Assembly: GCA_037441285.1 (NCBI GenBank)
Contig: JBBISL010000014.1
Location: 1 to 55,114 of the forward strand
Origin: a candidate division WOR-3 bacterium
GTDB lineage: Bacteria; Hydrothermota; Tepidihabitantia; Tepidihabitantales; Tepidihabitantaceae
Length of the DNA: 55,114 nucleotides
Reading direction: 5' to 3'
In this document: one piece after another, positions 19,348 through 29,416 of the stretch
Numbering within the stretch: position 1 is the first letter of the stretch
Layout of the letters: each line of letters opens with the position of its first letter
Translations under genes and position numbers: made by a program
The notes under the pieces: generated by a model
What the model was told of the DNA's origin: nothing
What the model saw: only the letters and a program-made list of their open reading frames with translations
The model's database searches: none

Positions 19348-19688
19348 TGAACGACCGCGAAAAAGTTGTTGTTTTCTTTTTGGTAAGTGCGCTTGTGGTT
19401 GGAGCTGGAATAAGTTTTTTCAAGAAAATCCAACGTTCTCGAGGGGTTTCTGAGGTGAACATTATCGGAGGGGAGGGGTCGGCAGATGAGAAGTTGGATA
19501 TCAATCAGGCGACGGCAGAACAGTTGGAAGCTTTACCGGGCATAGGGCCAGTGATTGCGCAAAGGATTGTTGAGTACCGTGAGAAGCACGGAGGATTTAA
19601 AACAGTGGATGAGCTTCTTGAAGTGACTGGTATTGGGCCTAAAAGGTTAGCAGGAATTAAGGATTTTGTAGTTTGTAATCCACCTTAA
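19347..19688 (+). CDS. comEA: ComEA family membrane-anchored helix-hairpin-helix DNA-binding protein
   Basis: N-terminal TM helix; LDINQATAEQLEALPGIGPVIAQRIVEYR...GGF...VTGIGPK. Confidence 0.92.
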   Translation: MNDREKVVVFFLVSALVVGAGISFFKKIQRSRGVSEVNIIGGEGSADEKLDINQATAEQLEALPGIGPVIAQRIVEYREKHGGFKTVDELLEVTGIGPKRLAGIKDFVVCNPP

Positions 19689-19710
19689 TTTTAAAAAGTT
19701 GGCTTATGGA

Positions 19711-20784
19711 TTATCTCTTTTCTGTGTGAATGTTGTAAAGTAAAGAAAAGATTGAGAGTGTGGGATTGGTATTTAGGTTTGTGTCTTTTAATCTGGCAAT
19801 AAGAAACTGAAGCCTTTTGAGTATCTCGGCGGGTTGAAGGTGAGTGAAATCGCGCGGGAGAAAAAGGTCGAAGTGCGAACAGCCAAATCGAGCTCGGAGT
19901 GCGTTCTCTAATACAAAAATCGCGGTGTTGATCGCAGTGCTGAGCGATATTTTTTCTGCAACTATGACATCGGTAGTATTAAGAAGAAATGTTGGGGGAG
20001 TTGGTATTTTTACGTTAGCCGGCTTATCGCTCAGAAATTGAATAATTGCAGTTGAGAAATACTCATCTGGGTTGGTGGCGATTGCATAAGCTTTTCCTAA
20101 CGAGCCTTGGGCAAGGGCAGCTATGAGGTCCAGGGGAAATTGAGATTGATTGAAACGATTTGCTAACCAGCTTTTGACTTCCCCGTCAGGAATGTTGGCG
20201 AATCGAATAAGATGGCAACGGGAGCGTATCGTTGTAAACAGCGCTTCGGGAACATCGGTTGTTAATAAAAAAATAGTATTTCGCTGTGGCTCTTCCAGCA
20301 TTTTTAATAATGCATTCTGCGCTTCGGCGGTCATCTGGTGTGAGTTGAGGATGATAAAGATTCGCATTTTTGCTAATAAGGGTGGTTTTGCCATTTCTTT
20401 CCTAATCCACCGGATTGCTTCGATACTTATCTGGTAGTTGGAAAAAACCGGCGGCTGGGGTTTGTCAATGGTATATGATTCATAAAGATGGGCGGTTGCT
20501 TCCATCACACCTTCGGGAGTTGCATCTTTTGGCTTGCGGATTGGGAAAATGAGCCTTACATCAGGATGAGTGAGGTGGGCAATATTACGGCAAGCAGAGC
20601 ATTCGCCGCAAGCGGCTTCGGGCGATTTTTCACAATTTATTTCCTGGGCGAATTTGATAGCTACTGTCCTTTTTCCTACTCCGGTTTGACCAACAAAGAG
20701 GAGGGAAGAGTAATGACCGGTAGTAATTACCCTGTGGAGAAGACGACAGACTCTTTCTTGGCCGATTATCCCGGTAAAAGACAT
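19711..20784 (-). CDS. holB: DNA polymerase III subunit delta'
   Basis: GQTGVGK, C-x8-CGECSAC, HPDV, AQNALLKMLEEP, TIRSRC. Confidence 0.92.
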   Translation of the reverse strand: MSFTGIIGQERVCRLLHRVITTGHYSSLLFVGQTGVGKRTVAIKFAQEINCEKSPEAACGECSACRNIAHLTHPDVRLIFPIRKPKDATPEGVMEATAHLYESYTIDKPQPPVFSNYQISIEAIRWIRKEMAKPPLLAKMRIFIILNSHQMTAEAQNALLKMLEEPQRNTIFLLTTDVPEALFTTIRSRCHLIRFANIPDGEVKSWLANRFNQSQFPLDLIAALAQGSLGKAYAIATNPDEYFSTAIIQFLSDKPANVKIPTPPTFLLNTTDVIVAEKISLSTAINTAIFVLENALRARFGCSHFDLFLPRDFTHLQPAEILKRLQFLIARLKDTNLNTNPTLSIFSLLYNIHTEKR

Positions 20785-20799
20785 ATTGCGCTCAGAAGT

Positions 20800-21936
20800 T
20801 TATTCAGGAACAAGGTATTCCAATGGGTTTACGGGCTGTCCTTCTTTTCTGATTTCGAAGTGGAGATAGTCATCAACCGTTCCGATAATTGTGCCGGTGT
20901 TCAGTTCAGCATTTACTGTGGTGCTGATATTGGTTAAGTTTCCATAGAGAGTGTAATATCCTGCTCCATGGTCGACAATTATCAGATTGCCGTAGCCGAT
21001 AAACCGGTCCGCAAAGACAACTTTACCAGGGGCAACTACTTGTACTGATGTTGATTGCTTGACTTTGATGTCTATGCCCGGGTTGTTAGTCTTGGTTCGG
21101 TATCGAGGGTGCATTTGTGAGCCGAATTGAGCAATCAGCATTCCGGAAACGGGCCACGGTACATTTCCCTTGTTTTGTTCAAAGTAATGGTTATTTTCGT
21201 TGATTTTTGATTTACGGGCGAGGAGGTCATTGATCAGTTGGCGTAACTTTTCGCTGGCCACTTCCAACTCATGTTGGATGCGTTGATTGGCATCTTTTTC
21301 TTGACGGATTCTTTTCAAAAGGGTTGCTTCTTCGTCCCGAATCGATTCTAATGATGCCTGTTTCTCTACAGTTTCTTTTTGTAACTTTTCCAAATCGCTA
21401 CGGGCTTTTAAAAGCATTTGACGTTTTTGTTCGGATTGTTTCAGAAGCGTTGACATTTCAATGATTAGCTTTTTGTCGTGTCGGCTAATTAAACGGAGGT
21501 TAAGGGCGCGACGGTAAAGTTCCGGCATATTTTTACTGGTAAGTAAGGCTTGTAAGAAAAAAACTCGGGAATATTTATAAATGGCAAAAACCCTTTTTCT
21601 AAGTAGTTCCTGTTGTTGTTCAATTTGTTGGTTTACCTGAATTAATTGAGCGGACAGTTCATTTATTTCCCGGTTGCGAAGTTCAATCTGCGCGTTTAAT
21701 CGTTTAAGCAGTTCCTGGGTAATTTCAATTTTCTTTTGCAGGGCATCAAGTTGGGCGAGGGTTGTTGTTTCTTTACGGGCAAGTTCTTCAAGGTGGGCTG
21801 AAAGTTTATCCAGTTTGGTCTGTATTGAGTCCAGTTGATGCTGGAATAGCTTGATTGAATCTTCGAGTGGGGACTTGCTACCTGGACTTATAGTAAACAA
21901 AAAAAGCAGCACTATTAAGGCATTACTCTTCATCAT
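20800..21936 (-). CDS. envC: EnvC-like murein hydrolase activator (coiled coil plus degenerate M23 domain)
   Basis: Signal peptide, coiled coil, WPVSG, NPGID (His lost), YGNL, LHFEIR; follows ftsEX. Confidence 0.85.
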   Translation of the reverse strand: MMKSNALIVLLFLFTISPGSKSPLEDSIKLFQHQLDSIQTKLDKLSAHLEELARKETTTLAQLDALQKKIEITQELLKRLNAQIELRNREINELSAQLIQVNQQIEQQQELLRKRVFAIYKYSRVFFLQALLTSKNMPELYRRALNLRLISRHDKKLIIEMSTLLKQSEQKRQMLLKARSDLEKLQKETVEKQASLESIRDEEATLLKRIRQEKDANQRIQHELEVASEKLRQLINDLLARKSKINENNHYFEQNKGNVPWPVSGMLIAQFGSQMHPRYRTKTNNPGIDIKVKQSTSVQVVAPGKVVFADRFIGYGNLIIVDHGAGYYTLYGNLTNISTTVNAELNTGTIIGTVDDYLHFEIRKEGQPVNPLEYLVPE

Positions 21937-22847
21937 CCGATTTGTGCTGTTCGTCCTGAGGGGCGTTTCGAACCCGTGGGAATTGTCGTAAGTGTCGAAG
22001 GAATGCGAGTGAGTGCGAGATAAGCTCCACCCAGACCGAATAATAAGCCGAGAAAGATGTTACCTAAAAGTATTAGCCAAACCGGAAATAATGGTGCCGG
22101 GATGAAGGAAGAGACAATTCGGTAGAGAAGAAATGTCAACCCAAAAGATAAAATACCACCAAGTAGGCCTTGTAGGGCTCCTTGAACTAAAAAGGGTAAC
22201 CAGACGGCGGCGCGACTGGCTCCGACCAGTTCCATTATTTCTATTTCGTGGGTGCGACTAAAGATTGAATTTTCAACCGTTTGGAACACAATGAATAAGA
22301 GTGATATGGTAACGATTGTAAATAAGATTAGGTCCAAGAGAAAAGCGGTATTAAGAGCACGGTTAAGTTGGGCGAGTAGCTCTTTTCCGGACCAGACTTC
22401 GGTTACGCCGGGTAACAAAAGTAGTTTTTGTTCAGTTGCAGTGACATTTTCCACGGTAGCGTAGTTGGGCTGAAGCCGGATTCGGATTGAGGCAGGGAGG
22501 GGATTTTCACCAATCGCAGTGAGTAGGGAGGTGTCGGAACCTAAATCTTGGCGTAATTCTTCAAGGGCGTCTTCTTTTGAAATATAATGAATTTCGGCAA
22601 CCCCGGCGATGCTGGCGATACGCTGTTGGAGAGACGTCGGATTTTCGGCGGCATCCTCGGAGATAAAGGCGTAGATTTCTGCCCGTTCACTTGCGGCACG
22701 AATGACCGTCATTATATTAAAGGTGAGCAGGGCAAATAATGAAAGGAGAAGCAAGCATATTGCCTGAACCGCGCCAGACAAAAGAAATTGTTGCCGGTTC
22801 CGGTTAATGGTACGGAATGATTCCTTTAAAAGATAAAGTGCATTCAT
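21933..22847 (-). CDS. ftsX: Cell division permease FtsX
   Basis: YISKEDAL, NPLPAS, EIEIMELVGA, 4 TM segments. Confidence 0.92.
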   Translation of the reverse strand: MNALYLLKESFRTINRNRQQFLLSGAVQAICLLLLSLFALLTFNIMTVIRAASERAEIYAFISEDAAENPTSLQQRIASIAGVAEIHYISKEDALEELRQDLGSDTSLLTAIGENPLPASIRIRLQPNYATVENVTATEQKLLLLPGVTEVWSGKELLAQLNRALNTAFLLDLILFTIVTISLLFIVFQTVENSIFSRTHEIEIMELVGASRAAVWLPFLVQGALQGLLGGILSFGLTFLLYRIVSSFIPAPLFPVWLILLGNIFLGLLFGLGGAYLALTRIPSTLTTIPTGSKRPSGRTAQIG

Positions 22848-22855
22848 AATAATCG

Positions 22856-23563
22856 CTAAACTTCATCACGCACAATCCTACCAGCGTCAAGGGTGACGCG
22901 TCGGCGTCTGGTTCTTTCGGCAAGGATGGCATCATGGGTTGCCATCAAGACCGTTGTGCCCTGGTAATTTATATCTTTAAGGATGTTAAGGATATCGTCC
23001 GAAGCTTTCGGGTCGATATTTCCAGTTGGTTCATCGGCGAGAATGATGTCGGGTGATTTTACCAGCGCCCTTGCAATTGCGACTTTCTGTTGTTCGCCAC
23101 CGGATAGTTCAAACGGGTAGGAATTTTTCTTATGGGCGAGTCCCAGTTGGTTCAGAGTTTCTTGTATGCGCCCCGGGATTGTGTCGGGTTGAACATTGAT
23201 TGCACGCAAGACAAACTCTAAATTCTCATAGACCGTTCGTTCGGGCAATAACCTAAAGTCCTGGAAAATAATACCCAGCCGCCGCCTCAGAAGGGGGATT
23301 TCTTTTGCCTTCATTGTTAAAATATTATAGCCCAGTACCGTTATCTCTCCTTCGTCGGGCAGTTCCTGTCGATAAAGAAGTCTGAGTAATGTAGTTTTGC
23401 CGGCACCGGTAGCACCAAGCAAAAATAGGAAATCGCCTTGATAGACTGTGAGACTGATGTCGGTCAGCGCTGGCCAGTCACCTTGATAGTATTTAAAAAC
23501 GCCAGAGAGCTCAATTACCGGGGTCGTATGGATATTACTACTATTTAAGTTTTCAGTAGACAT
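22856..23563 (-). CDS. ftsE: Cell division ATP-binding protein FtsE
   Basis: GATGAGKT, LRRRLGIIFQDFRLL, LSGGEQQ, ADEPTGN. Confidence 0.94.
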   Translation of the reverse strand: MSTENLNSSNIHTTPVIELSGVFKYYQGDWPALTDISLTVYQGDFLFLLGATGAGKTTLLRLLYRQELPDEGEITVLGYNILTMKAKEIPLLRRRLGIIFQDFRLLPERTVYENLEFVLRAINVQPDTIPGRIQETLNQLGLAHKKNSYPFELSGGEQQKVAIARALVKSPDIILADEPTGNIDPKASDDILNILKDINYQGTTVLMATHDAILAERTRRRRVTLDAGRIVRDEV

Positions 23564-24212
23564 ACCATATTATAAGTGTTTTAATCGCGGCTAATCCGTC
23601 CCGCCATCCAATTTTTTTGCCCTTAGTTCGGGCAGTGTAATGGATTGGAATTTCAGCAATACGAACACGACAACGCAGCAGTTTTGCTGTGATCTCTGGT
23701 TCGATATCAAACTGATTGGCGACCAATGCCAGTTTTTGTAACAAAGGACGACGGATTACTTTGTAACAAGTTTCCATATCGGTTATTTTACCACCGAATA
23801 AAGCGTTTGTAAAAAAAGTCAGAAAAATATTTGCCAGCTGGCTGCGGAGGAGAAATTTTCCATGACCCCGGAAGCGCGAACCGAATACCGCTCCGATATT
23901 TTTATCAGCGAATGGCGCAAGCAATTGGGGATAATCAGCGGGGTCGTATTCCAGGTCGGCATCCTGGATTATAACTACATCACCCCGGGCGTGTTTTAAC
24001 CCGGTGCGGATTGCTGCTCCTTTACCTTGATTGCGGAAATGCGTGAGTACGCGTATGTCCGGAATTGTGCGCAATAACTCAGGCGTGCGGTCTTGGGAAC
24101 AATCGTCAACCACAATAATTTCCTTTGCGACCGGGACCCTTTGAACTTTTTCTATTAAATTAACTATTGATTCTTCCTCGTTGAAAACCGGGATTATTAC
24201 AGAGAGTAGCAT
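23553..24212 (-). CDS. GT2 glycosyltransferase, DPM-synthase-like (polyprenol-phosphate glycosyltransferase)
   Basis: IIPVFNE, VDDCSQD, NQGKG, QDADLEYDP, GSRF, DMETCYK. Confidence 0.9.
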   Translation of the reverse strand: MLLSVIIPVFNEEESIVNLIEKVQRVPVAKEIIVVDDCSQDRTPELLRTIPDIRVLTHFRNQGKGAAIRTGLKHARGDVVIIQDADLEYDPADYPQLLAPFADKNIGAVFGSRFRGHGKFLLRSQLANIFLTFFTNALFGGKITDMETCYKVIRRPLLQKLALVANQFDIEPEITAKLLRCRVRIAEIPIHYTARTKGKKIGWRDGLAAIKTLIIWYVY

Positions 24213-24213
24213 A

Positions 24214-25086
24214 TCATTCGCTTTGTTGGTGTTTTTTTACGTCCATTTTCAATCGATAGATAGATTGAGTAACCTTAAGACCCAATGTTCCATCGCTTAT
24301 GGGTGTTTTTCGGGTGCGGCAACAGGATATAAAATCGCGACACTCCCGAGTAAGCGGAAGGTTATTAAAATGAAGAATGTCTCCTGTTGGTTCATCACAA
24401 ATTGCGGATTGTTTTGAACCAAAGACGACAAATCGGCGGATAAAAGGCGGTTCCTGCCAGCACGCAGTGCCGTTAAGCACTTCACCACCGGCAAAATTCA
24501 TCTGATATAAAACCCTGTTTTTGGTGATTTCTTTTAAGGAAACGGCGACCGGTTCACCCCAAAGTTTAATTGTCATTGCCAGACAATGAGGAAGCAAGTC
24601 ATTGAAAATGTCAACTTCATCCCTTCCTCTTGATGTCCGGATGGCTTCGGCGTGAAGGATTCTTCCCAAGCTGTTAGTTGCGATAAGATATTGCAGTTTC
24701 TCAAAACCCGGTGTGTAGACGGCGGTGTGGCCAACAGCCAGAATCAGTTCACGCTCCTGACTCAATTTGAGCATTGCGTGAGCTTCGTTTGGGTGTATTG
24801 CCATCGGCTTTTCGACCAAGACATCTTTTCCCTGTTGGAGGGCCTGACAGGCAAGTTGATAATGGGTTCTATCAGGAGTGGCGATAATCATGGCCTTTAT
24901 TTTGGAATCGGCGAGCATATCGTCAAATGTAATGATGTCGATATCAGGATAACTGTTAAGATTAACCAGAACGTCCGGATTGGCATCAGCAATAAAGACT
25001 CGAGAGTTATTGAGTGTAGTAATGGTTCTCAGGTAATTTTTCCCCCACCTGCCAATCCCGACAATTCCGATATTCATCTCCGCCAT
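24214..25086 (-). CDS. Gfo/Idh/MocA family NAD(P)-dependent oxidoreductase
   Basis: GIVGIGRWG, IATP...H, VEKPM, VGH. Confidence 0.88.
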   Translation of the reverse strand: MAEMNIGIVGIGRWGKNYLRTITTLNNSRVFIADANPDVLVNLNSYPDIDIITFDDMLADSKIKAMIIATPDRTHYQLACQALQQGKDVLVEKPMAIHPNEAHAMLKLSQERELILAVGHTAVYTPGFEKLQYLIATNSLGRILHAEAIRTSRGRDEVDIFNDLLPHCLAMTIKLWGEPVAVSLKEITKNRVLYQMNFAGGEVLNGTACWQEPPFIRRFVVFGSKQSAICDEPTGDILHFNNLPLTRECRDFISCCRTRKTPISDGTLGLKVTQSIYRLKMDVKKHQQSE

Positions 25087-25090
25087 AATT

Positions 25091-26029
25091 TCAAATTGAC
25101 ATCTGGTCCTTAAACCATTTAATCGTCATTGTCAGTCCCCTAGTCAAATTGACTTTTGGTTCCCATTTGAGAAGTTTTTTTGCCCGGGTTATATCAGGGC
25201 AGCGTCGTTTGGGGTCGTCAGTGGGAATGGGCATAAATACCAGAGAACTTTTTGAGCCGGTAAGTTTTTTAACCAGCTGGGCAAATTTGATAATCGTGAA
25301 TTCTTCAGGATTGCCAAGATTTACCGGTTCGGGTACCGGACAATAAATCATCTTATAAAGAGCTTCGACTAAGTCACTTATATAGCAAAAACTTCGTGTT
25401 TGTTTACCGGTACCGTAGATTGTGAGAGGTTGGCCGGTGAGCGCCTGATAAATTAGATTGGGAACGACACGGCCGTCGTTTAGTTTCATGCGGGGTCCAT
25501 AAGTGTTGAAAATTCGTGCAATGCGTACCGGCATGTGATAAATTCGGTGGTAGGTCATTATCAACGCCTCGGCGTATCTTTTTGACTCGTCGTACACAGC
25601 ACGGGGTCCGGTCGGATTTACATTTCCATGGTAAGATTCGGATTGAGGATGTTCTTCGGGGTCGCCATAAACCTCTGAAGTGGAGGCGTGAATGAAAATC
25701 GCTCCTTTATTGCGCGCGATTTCCAGTAAATTATGAGTACCATAGGCACCAGCCGCCATTGTTTCGAGGGGATAGGCAAAATAGTCTCGGGGGGAAGCAG
25801 GTGAAGCCAGATTAAAAATTACATCTATAGGACCCGATACACGGAAAGGGCGCACGATATCTTTCTGGATAAACTTGAATCGAGGGTGGTTTATTAGATG
25901 CGCGATGTTCTTTTTTCTGCCGGTAATAAGGTTGTCAACACATATCACCCGCCAGCCTTTTTTCACGAGGAAATCACAGAGGTGGGAGCCGATAAAGCCT
26001 GCCCCCCCAGCCACTAAACCTACTTTCAA
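25091..26029 (-). CDS. UDP-glucuronate decarboxylase (UDP-xylose synthase)
   Basis: GGAGFIGSHL, LASPASP, STSEVYGDP, YDESKR, RIFNTYGPRM, DGRVV, DDPKRRCPDI. Confidence 0.92.
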   Translation of the reverse strand: MKVGLVAGGAGFIGSHLCDFLVKKGWRVICVDNLITGRKKNIAHLINHPRFKFIQKDIVRPFRVSGPIDVIFNLASPASPRDYFAYPLETMAAGAYGTHNLLEIARNKGAIFIHASTSEVYGDPEEHPQSESYHGNVNPTGPRAVYDESKRYAEALIMTYHRIYHMPVRIARIFNTYGPRMKLNDGRVVPNLIYQALTGQPLTIYGTGKQTRSFCYISDLVEALYKMIYCPVPEPVNLGNPEEFTIIKFAQLVKKLTGSKSSLVFMPIPTDDPKRRCPDITRAKKLLKWEPKVNLTRGLTMTIKWFKDQMSI

Positions 26030-27324
26030 TCCCGACCTCTTCCCATTCCGATATAGGTGAATCCTTGTTTTCTTACGGCATCCGGGTCGAAGATATTTCT
26101 GCCGTCACAGATGATGGGTATGCGCATTTTTTCCTTTATCTCTTTAAGGTCAAGGTTCTTAAATTCTTCCCATTCGGTTATAACGGCCAGAAGGTCAGCA
26201 TCAACCGCGACTTCAAGTGCGTTGTTGCAATAATCAATATCGGGCAGGATTTTTCGGGCATTTTTCATCGCCTGGGGGTCATAGGCTCGAATCCTCGCAC
26301 CTTCGGCGATTAACGCGTTGATAATATCGATTGAAGGTGCAAATCGCATATCATCGGTATTAGGCTTAAAAGCCAAGCCCAGAATACCGATGTTTTTCTC
26401 TTTTAGATTCCACAGTGCTTTACGGATTTTGCGGACAAACCTTAGTTTGGTCTCTTGATTAATTTTCTCGACTTCTTTTAACAGTTGAAAATCATAACCC
26501 AGCTCTTCGGCGATACGGATAAAAGCCCTTAAATCTTTTGGGAAGCAAAAGCCACCATAACCAACACCAGCGTCGAGAAATGCCCGTCCGATTCTTTTGT
26601 CCATGCCCATTCCATCGACAACCAGACGAACATCAGCACCTGATGCTTCGCAGATAACCGCTAAGGCGTTAGCAAAAGAAATTTTCATAGCCAGAAAAGC
26701 GTTCGAAGCGTGTTTGATTAATTCCGCTGACTCTATGTCGGTAACAATTACTGGTGCGTTAATCGGACGGTATATTTCTTTCAGTAGGTCACGCGCTCGA
26801 GTAGTTTCTACCCCGATGACAATACGGTCGGGATGTAAGAAATCGTTGACGGCAGAACCTTCGCGTAAAAATTCTGGATTACTGGCAACATCGAAGGGAA
26901 TGTTAGCACGGTTGTAACGTTCAACTGTTTTTTTAATCCACTTTCCTGTTTGGACGGGAACTGTAGACTTTTCGACGATTAAACGGTAACCATTCATACT
27001 GGTAGCAATATCGCGTACGACTCTTTCCACATAAGTCAAATCGGGTTCACCACTATCCAGCGGTGGCGTACCGACGGCAATAAAACACACCTCACTTTCC
27101 AGAACCGCTCTCTTAATCTCAGTTACAAAACTTAAACGGTTTTCACGGACAGCATCAGCAACGATTTCTTTCAAACCTGGTTCATAAATGGGCATTTCAC
27201 CCCGTTTCAGCAGGTCAATTTTATCGACATCACTATCGACGCACACTACTTTATGGCCAATTTTTGCAAGACAGGCGCCGGAAGTTAGTCCCACATAACC
27301 CGTCCCAATCATCGCAATTTTCAT
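26026..27324 (-). CDS. ugd: UDP-glucose 6-dehydrogenase
   Basis: Start MKIAMIGTGYVGL at 27324; KSTVP, NPEFLREG, GYGGFCFPKD, AFKPNTDD, DGRN. Confidence 0.95.
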   Translation of the reverse strand: MKIAMIGTGYVGLTSGACLAKIGHKVVCVDSDVDKIDLLKRGEMPIYEPGLKEIVADAVRENRLSFVTEIKRAVLESEVCFIAVGTPPLDSGEPDLTYVERVVRDIATSMNGYRLIVEKSTVPVQTGKWIKKTVERYNRANIPFDVASNPEFLREGSAVNDFLHPDRIVIGVETTRARDLLKEIYRPINAPVIVTDIESAELIKHASNAFLAMKISFANALAVICEASGADVRLVVDGMGMDKRIGRAFLDAGVGYGGFCFPKDLRAFIRIAEELGYDFQLLKEVEKINQETKLRFVRKIRKALWNLKEKNIGILGLAFKPNTDDMRFAPSIDIINALIAEGARIRAYDPQAMKNARKILPDIDYCNNALEVAVDADLLAVITEWEEFKNLDLKEIKEKMRIPIICDGRNIFDPDAVRKQGFTYIGMGRGRD

Positions 27325-27331
27325 ATCGATA

Positions 27332-27359
27332 AATATATTAGTAGCGGAGATAAAGTCAA
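27332..27359 (-). promoter_or_regulatory. sigma70 promoter of the ugd...holB operon (probably leaderless)
   Basis: TTGACT-N16-TATATT, 7 nt before ATG, no Shine-Dalgarno. Confidence 0.7.
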
Positions 27360-27538
27360 GTGTAAATTCAACTTGCCAATAGGACGCGGTTAATGCTTTT
27401 TTCGCAGTCAAATTTCAAGGAGTTCTATCGGGAAATCTTATTTTAAATTTATTTGTTGCGAGATTGGTTTATAGCAAAAAGAAAAATTATTAAAGAAGTT
27501 CTTGACTTTGCGTTATTTTTGTTTAATTATTCAACCAA

Positions 27539-28423
27539 TTGACTTATTTTCTTCAGCAGTTAATTAACGGCTTACAACTTGGCTTTGTGTATGCCCTGAT
27601 TGCACTGGGCTATACTATGGTTTATGGAATTGTTCGTTTAATTAACTTTGCCCATGGCGATGTTTTTATGGTGGGTGCCTATTTGGGTTTCTTCGCGCTG
27701 ACCAGCTGGCGTTTGCCTTTTCCCATTGCGATAATCACGGCGATGGTTGGTTGCGCGCTGTTGGGGGTTTTAATTGAACGACTGGCCTATAAACCATTAC
27801 GGCGGGCACCGAGAATTTCTTCCTTGATTACAGCGATCGGGGTGTCGCTTTCCCTCGAGTATTTTACCAGTTTGAAGTTTGTGTTCGGACCTTATTTTCG
27901 AGCATATCCGCGCCCATTTGCAATCAGGACTTATAATCTGGGAGGCGTTACGGTCTCAAACATTCAAATTATCGTTTTTGGTGTGGCAATTTTGCTGATG
28001 GTGACTTTAACACTGTTCGTTAACCGAACAAAAACTGGTATGGCAATGCGGGCTGTTTCTTTTGACCGGGATGCGGCAGCGTTGATGGGAATAAATGTTG
28101 ACAATATTATTTCAATTACTTTCGGGATTGGTGCGGCACTTGCCGGCGCGGGTGGTGTGCTCTATGGTATTGCCTATCCGCAGATTAATCCATTTATGGG
28201 AATTATGCCCGGATTAAAGGCGTTTGTTGCGGCGGTGTTAGGTGGAATTGGCATTATTCCGGGGGCGATGTTGGGCGCAGTGATTATGGGTATCGTAGAA
28301 AAGTTAACCGAGGTTTACATTTCTTCAACTTTGAGAGATGCTGCAGCGTTTGCAATATTGATTATTGTTCTTCTGGTTCGTCCTACGGGCATAATGGGGA
28401 AGCGAGAACAGGAAAAGGTTTAA
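27539..28423 (+). CDS. livH: Branched-chain amino acid ABC permease
   Basis: QQLINGL, ALGYTMVYG, NFAHG, GMAMRA, KAFVAAVLGGIG. Confidence 0.94.
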   Translation: MTYFLQQLINGLQLGFVYALIALGYTMVYGIVRLINFAHGDVFMVGAYLGFFALTSWRLPFPIAIITAMVGCALLGVLIERLAYKPLRRAPRISSLITAIGVSLSLEYFTSLKFVFGPYFRAYPRPFAIRTYNLGGVTVSNIQIIVFGVAILLMVTLTLFVNRTKTGMAMRAVSFDRDAAALMGINVDNIISITFGIGAALAGAGGVLYGIAYPQINPFMGIMPGLKAFVAAVLGGIGIIPGAMLGAVIMGIVEKLTEVYISSTLRDAAAFAILIIVLLVRPTGIMGKREQEKV

Positions 28424-28429
28424 GGGCGA

Positions 28430-29416
28430 ATGGCACCAGAGTATAAATCGAGAATTGACCCCGGTGTTGTAGTATTTTTAGTCATATTAGGAGTGTTTGG
28501 GGTTCTGGAGTTTTTGATTGTGTCCGGCGTGATTAACCCTTATGTTCATATGATACTTTGTTATGCCGGTATCGTCGTTATTTCGGCATTAGGGCTGAAT
28601 TTGATTTACGGATATACCGGACAATTTTCTTTGGGTCACGCCGCCTTTTATGGCATCGGTGCATATACTGCAGCGCTGATGACCCGGGTGATATCCTCAA
28701 AAGGTTTATGGGTGCTTCCCGTAGGTCTAATTGCCGGGGCGTTGACGGCGGGAGTTATTGCTTGGTTAATCGGGCTGCCGATTTTGCGATTGAAGTCCGA
28801 TTATCTGGGTATTGCGACGCTTGGTTTTGGTATGATTATCAATGTACTGCTCAAAAACTCCGACAAAGTAATTAAATCAATGGGTGGCGCTGCCGGGATG
28901 AGAGGAATTGAAAAGTTAACGACATTCCCCTGGGTGTTTCTTTTCGGGTTGTTGGCTGTAATCGTCATCCGTAATCTGGTTTTTTCGGGTGTAGGCCGGG
29001 CACTGATTTCAATTCGCGAGGATGAATTAGCCGCCGAAGCGGTTGGGGTGAACGCTACGCGCTACAAAACATTGGGGTTTGTCATCGGATGTATGTTCGC
29101 CGGGGTTGCGGGGGCACTTTATGCCCATCTGTACACTTACCTCAATCCCGACAATTTTGACTTTTTAAAGTCAATTGATGTGTTGCTGATTGTAGTGATT
29201 GGTGGTCTGGGTAGCATATCCGGCACGATTATCGCCGGTGCCGGCTGGGCATTTTTACTCGAAGGTCTCCGGATAATTCTTCCTTCAGCGGTACAGGAGT
29301 GGCGAATGGTTGTTTATCCCTTGATTTTAATCGTAATAATGCTCTTCCGCTCCAGTGGGATAATGGGCGGGAGCGAATTCAATTTTCTGAAACCCCAGGA
29401 GTATCGCCGACGGTGA
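28430..29416 (+). CDS. livM: Branched-chain amino acid ABC permease
   Basis: GYTGQFSLGHAAF, LRLKSDYLGIATLGF, IREDELAA. Confidence 0.93.
   Translation: MAPEYKSRIDPGVVVFLVILGVFGVLEFLIVSGVINPYVHMILCYAGIVVISALGLNLIYGYTGQFSLGHAAFYGIGAYTAALMTRVISSKGLWVLPVGLIAGALTAGVIAWLIGLPILRLKSDYLGIATLGFGMIINVLLKNSDKVIKSMGGAAGMRGIEKLTTFPWVFLFGLLAVIVIRNLVFSGVGRALISIREDELAAEAVGVNATRYKTLGFVIGCMFAGVAGALYAHLYTYLNPDNFDFLKSIDVLLIVVIGGLGSISGTIIAGAGWAFLLEGLRIILPSAVQEWRMVVYPLILIVIMLFRSSGIMGGSEFNFLKPQEYRRR

Noticed and set aside
20800..21200. Inactivated M23 peptidase as a novelty
   Set aside because: Loss of Zn ligands is the normal state of EnvC-type activators next to ftsEX.
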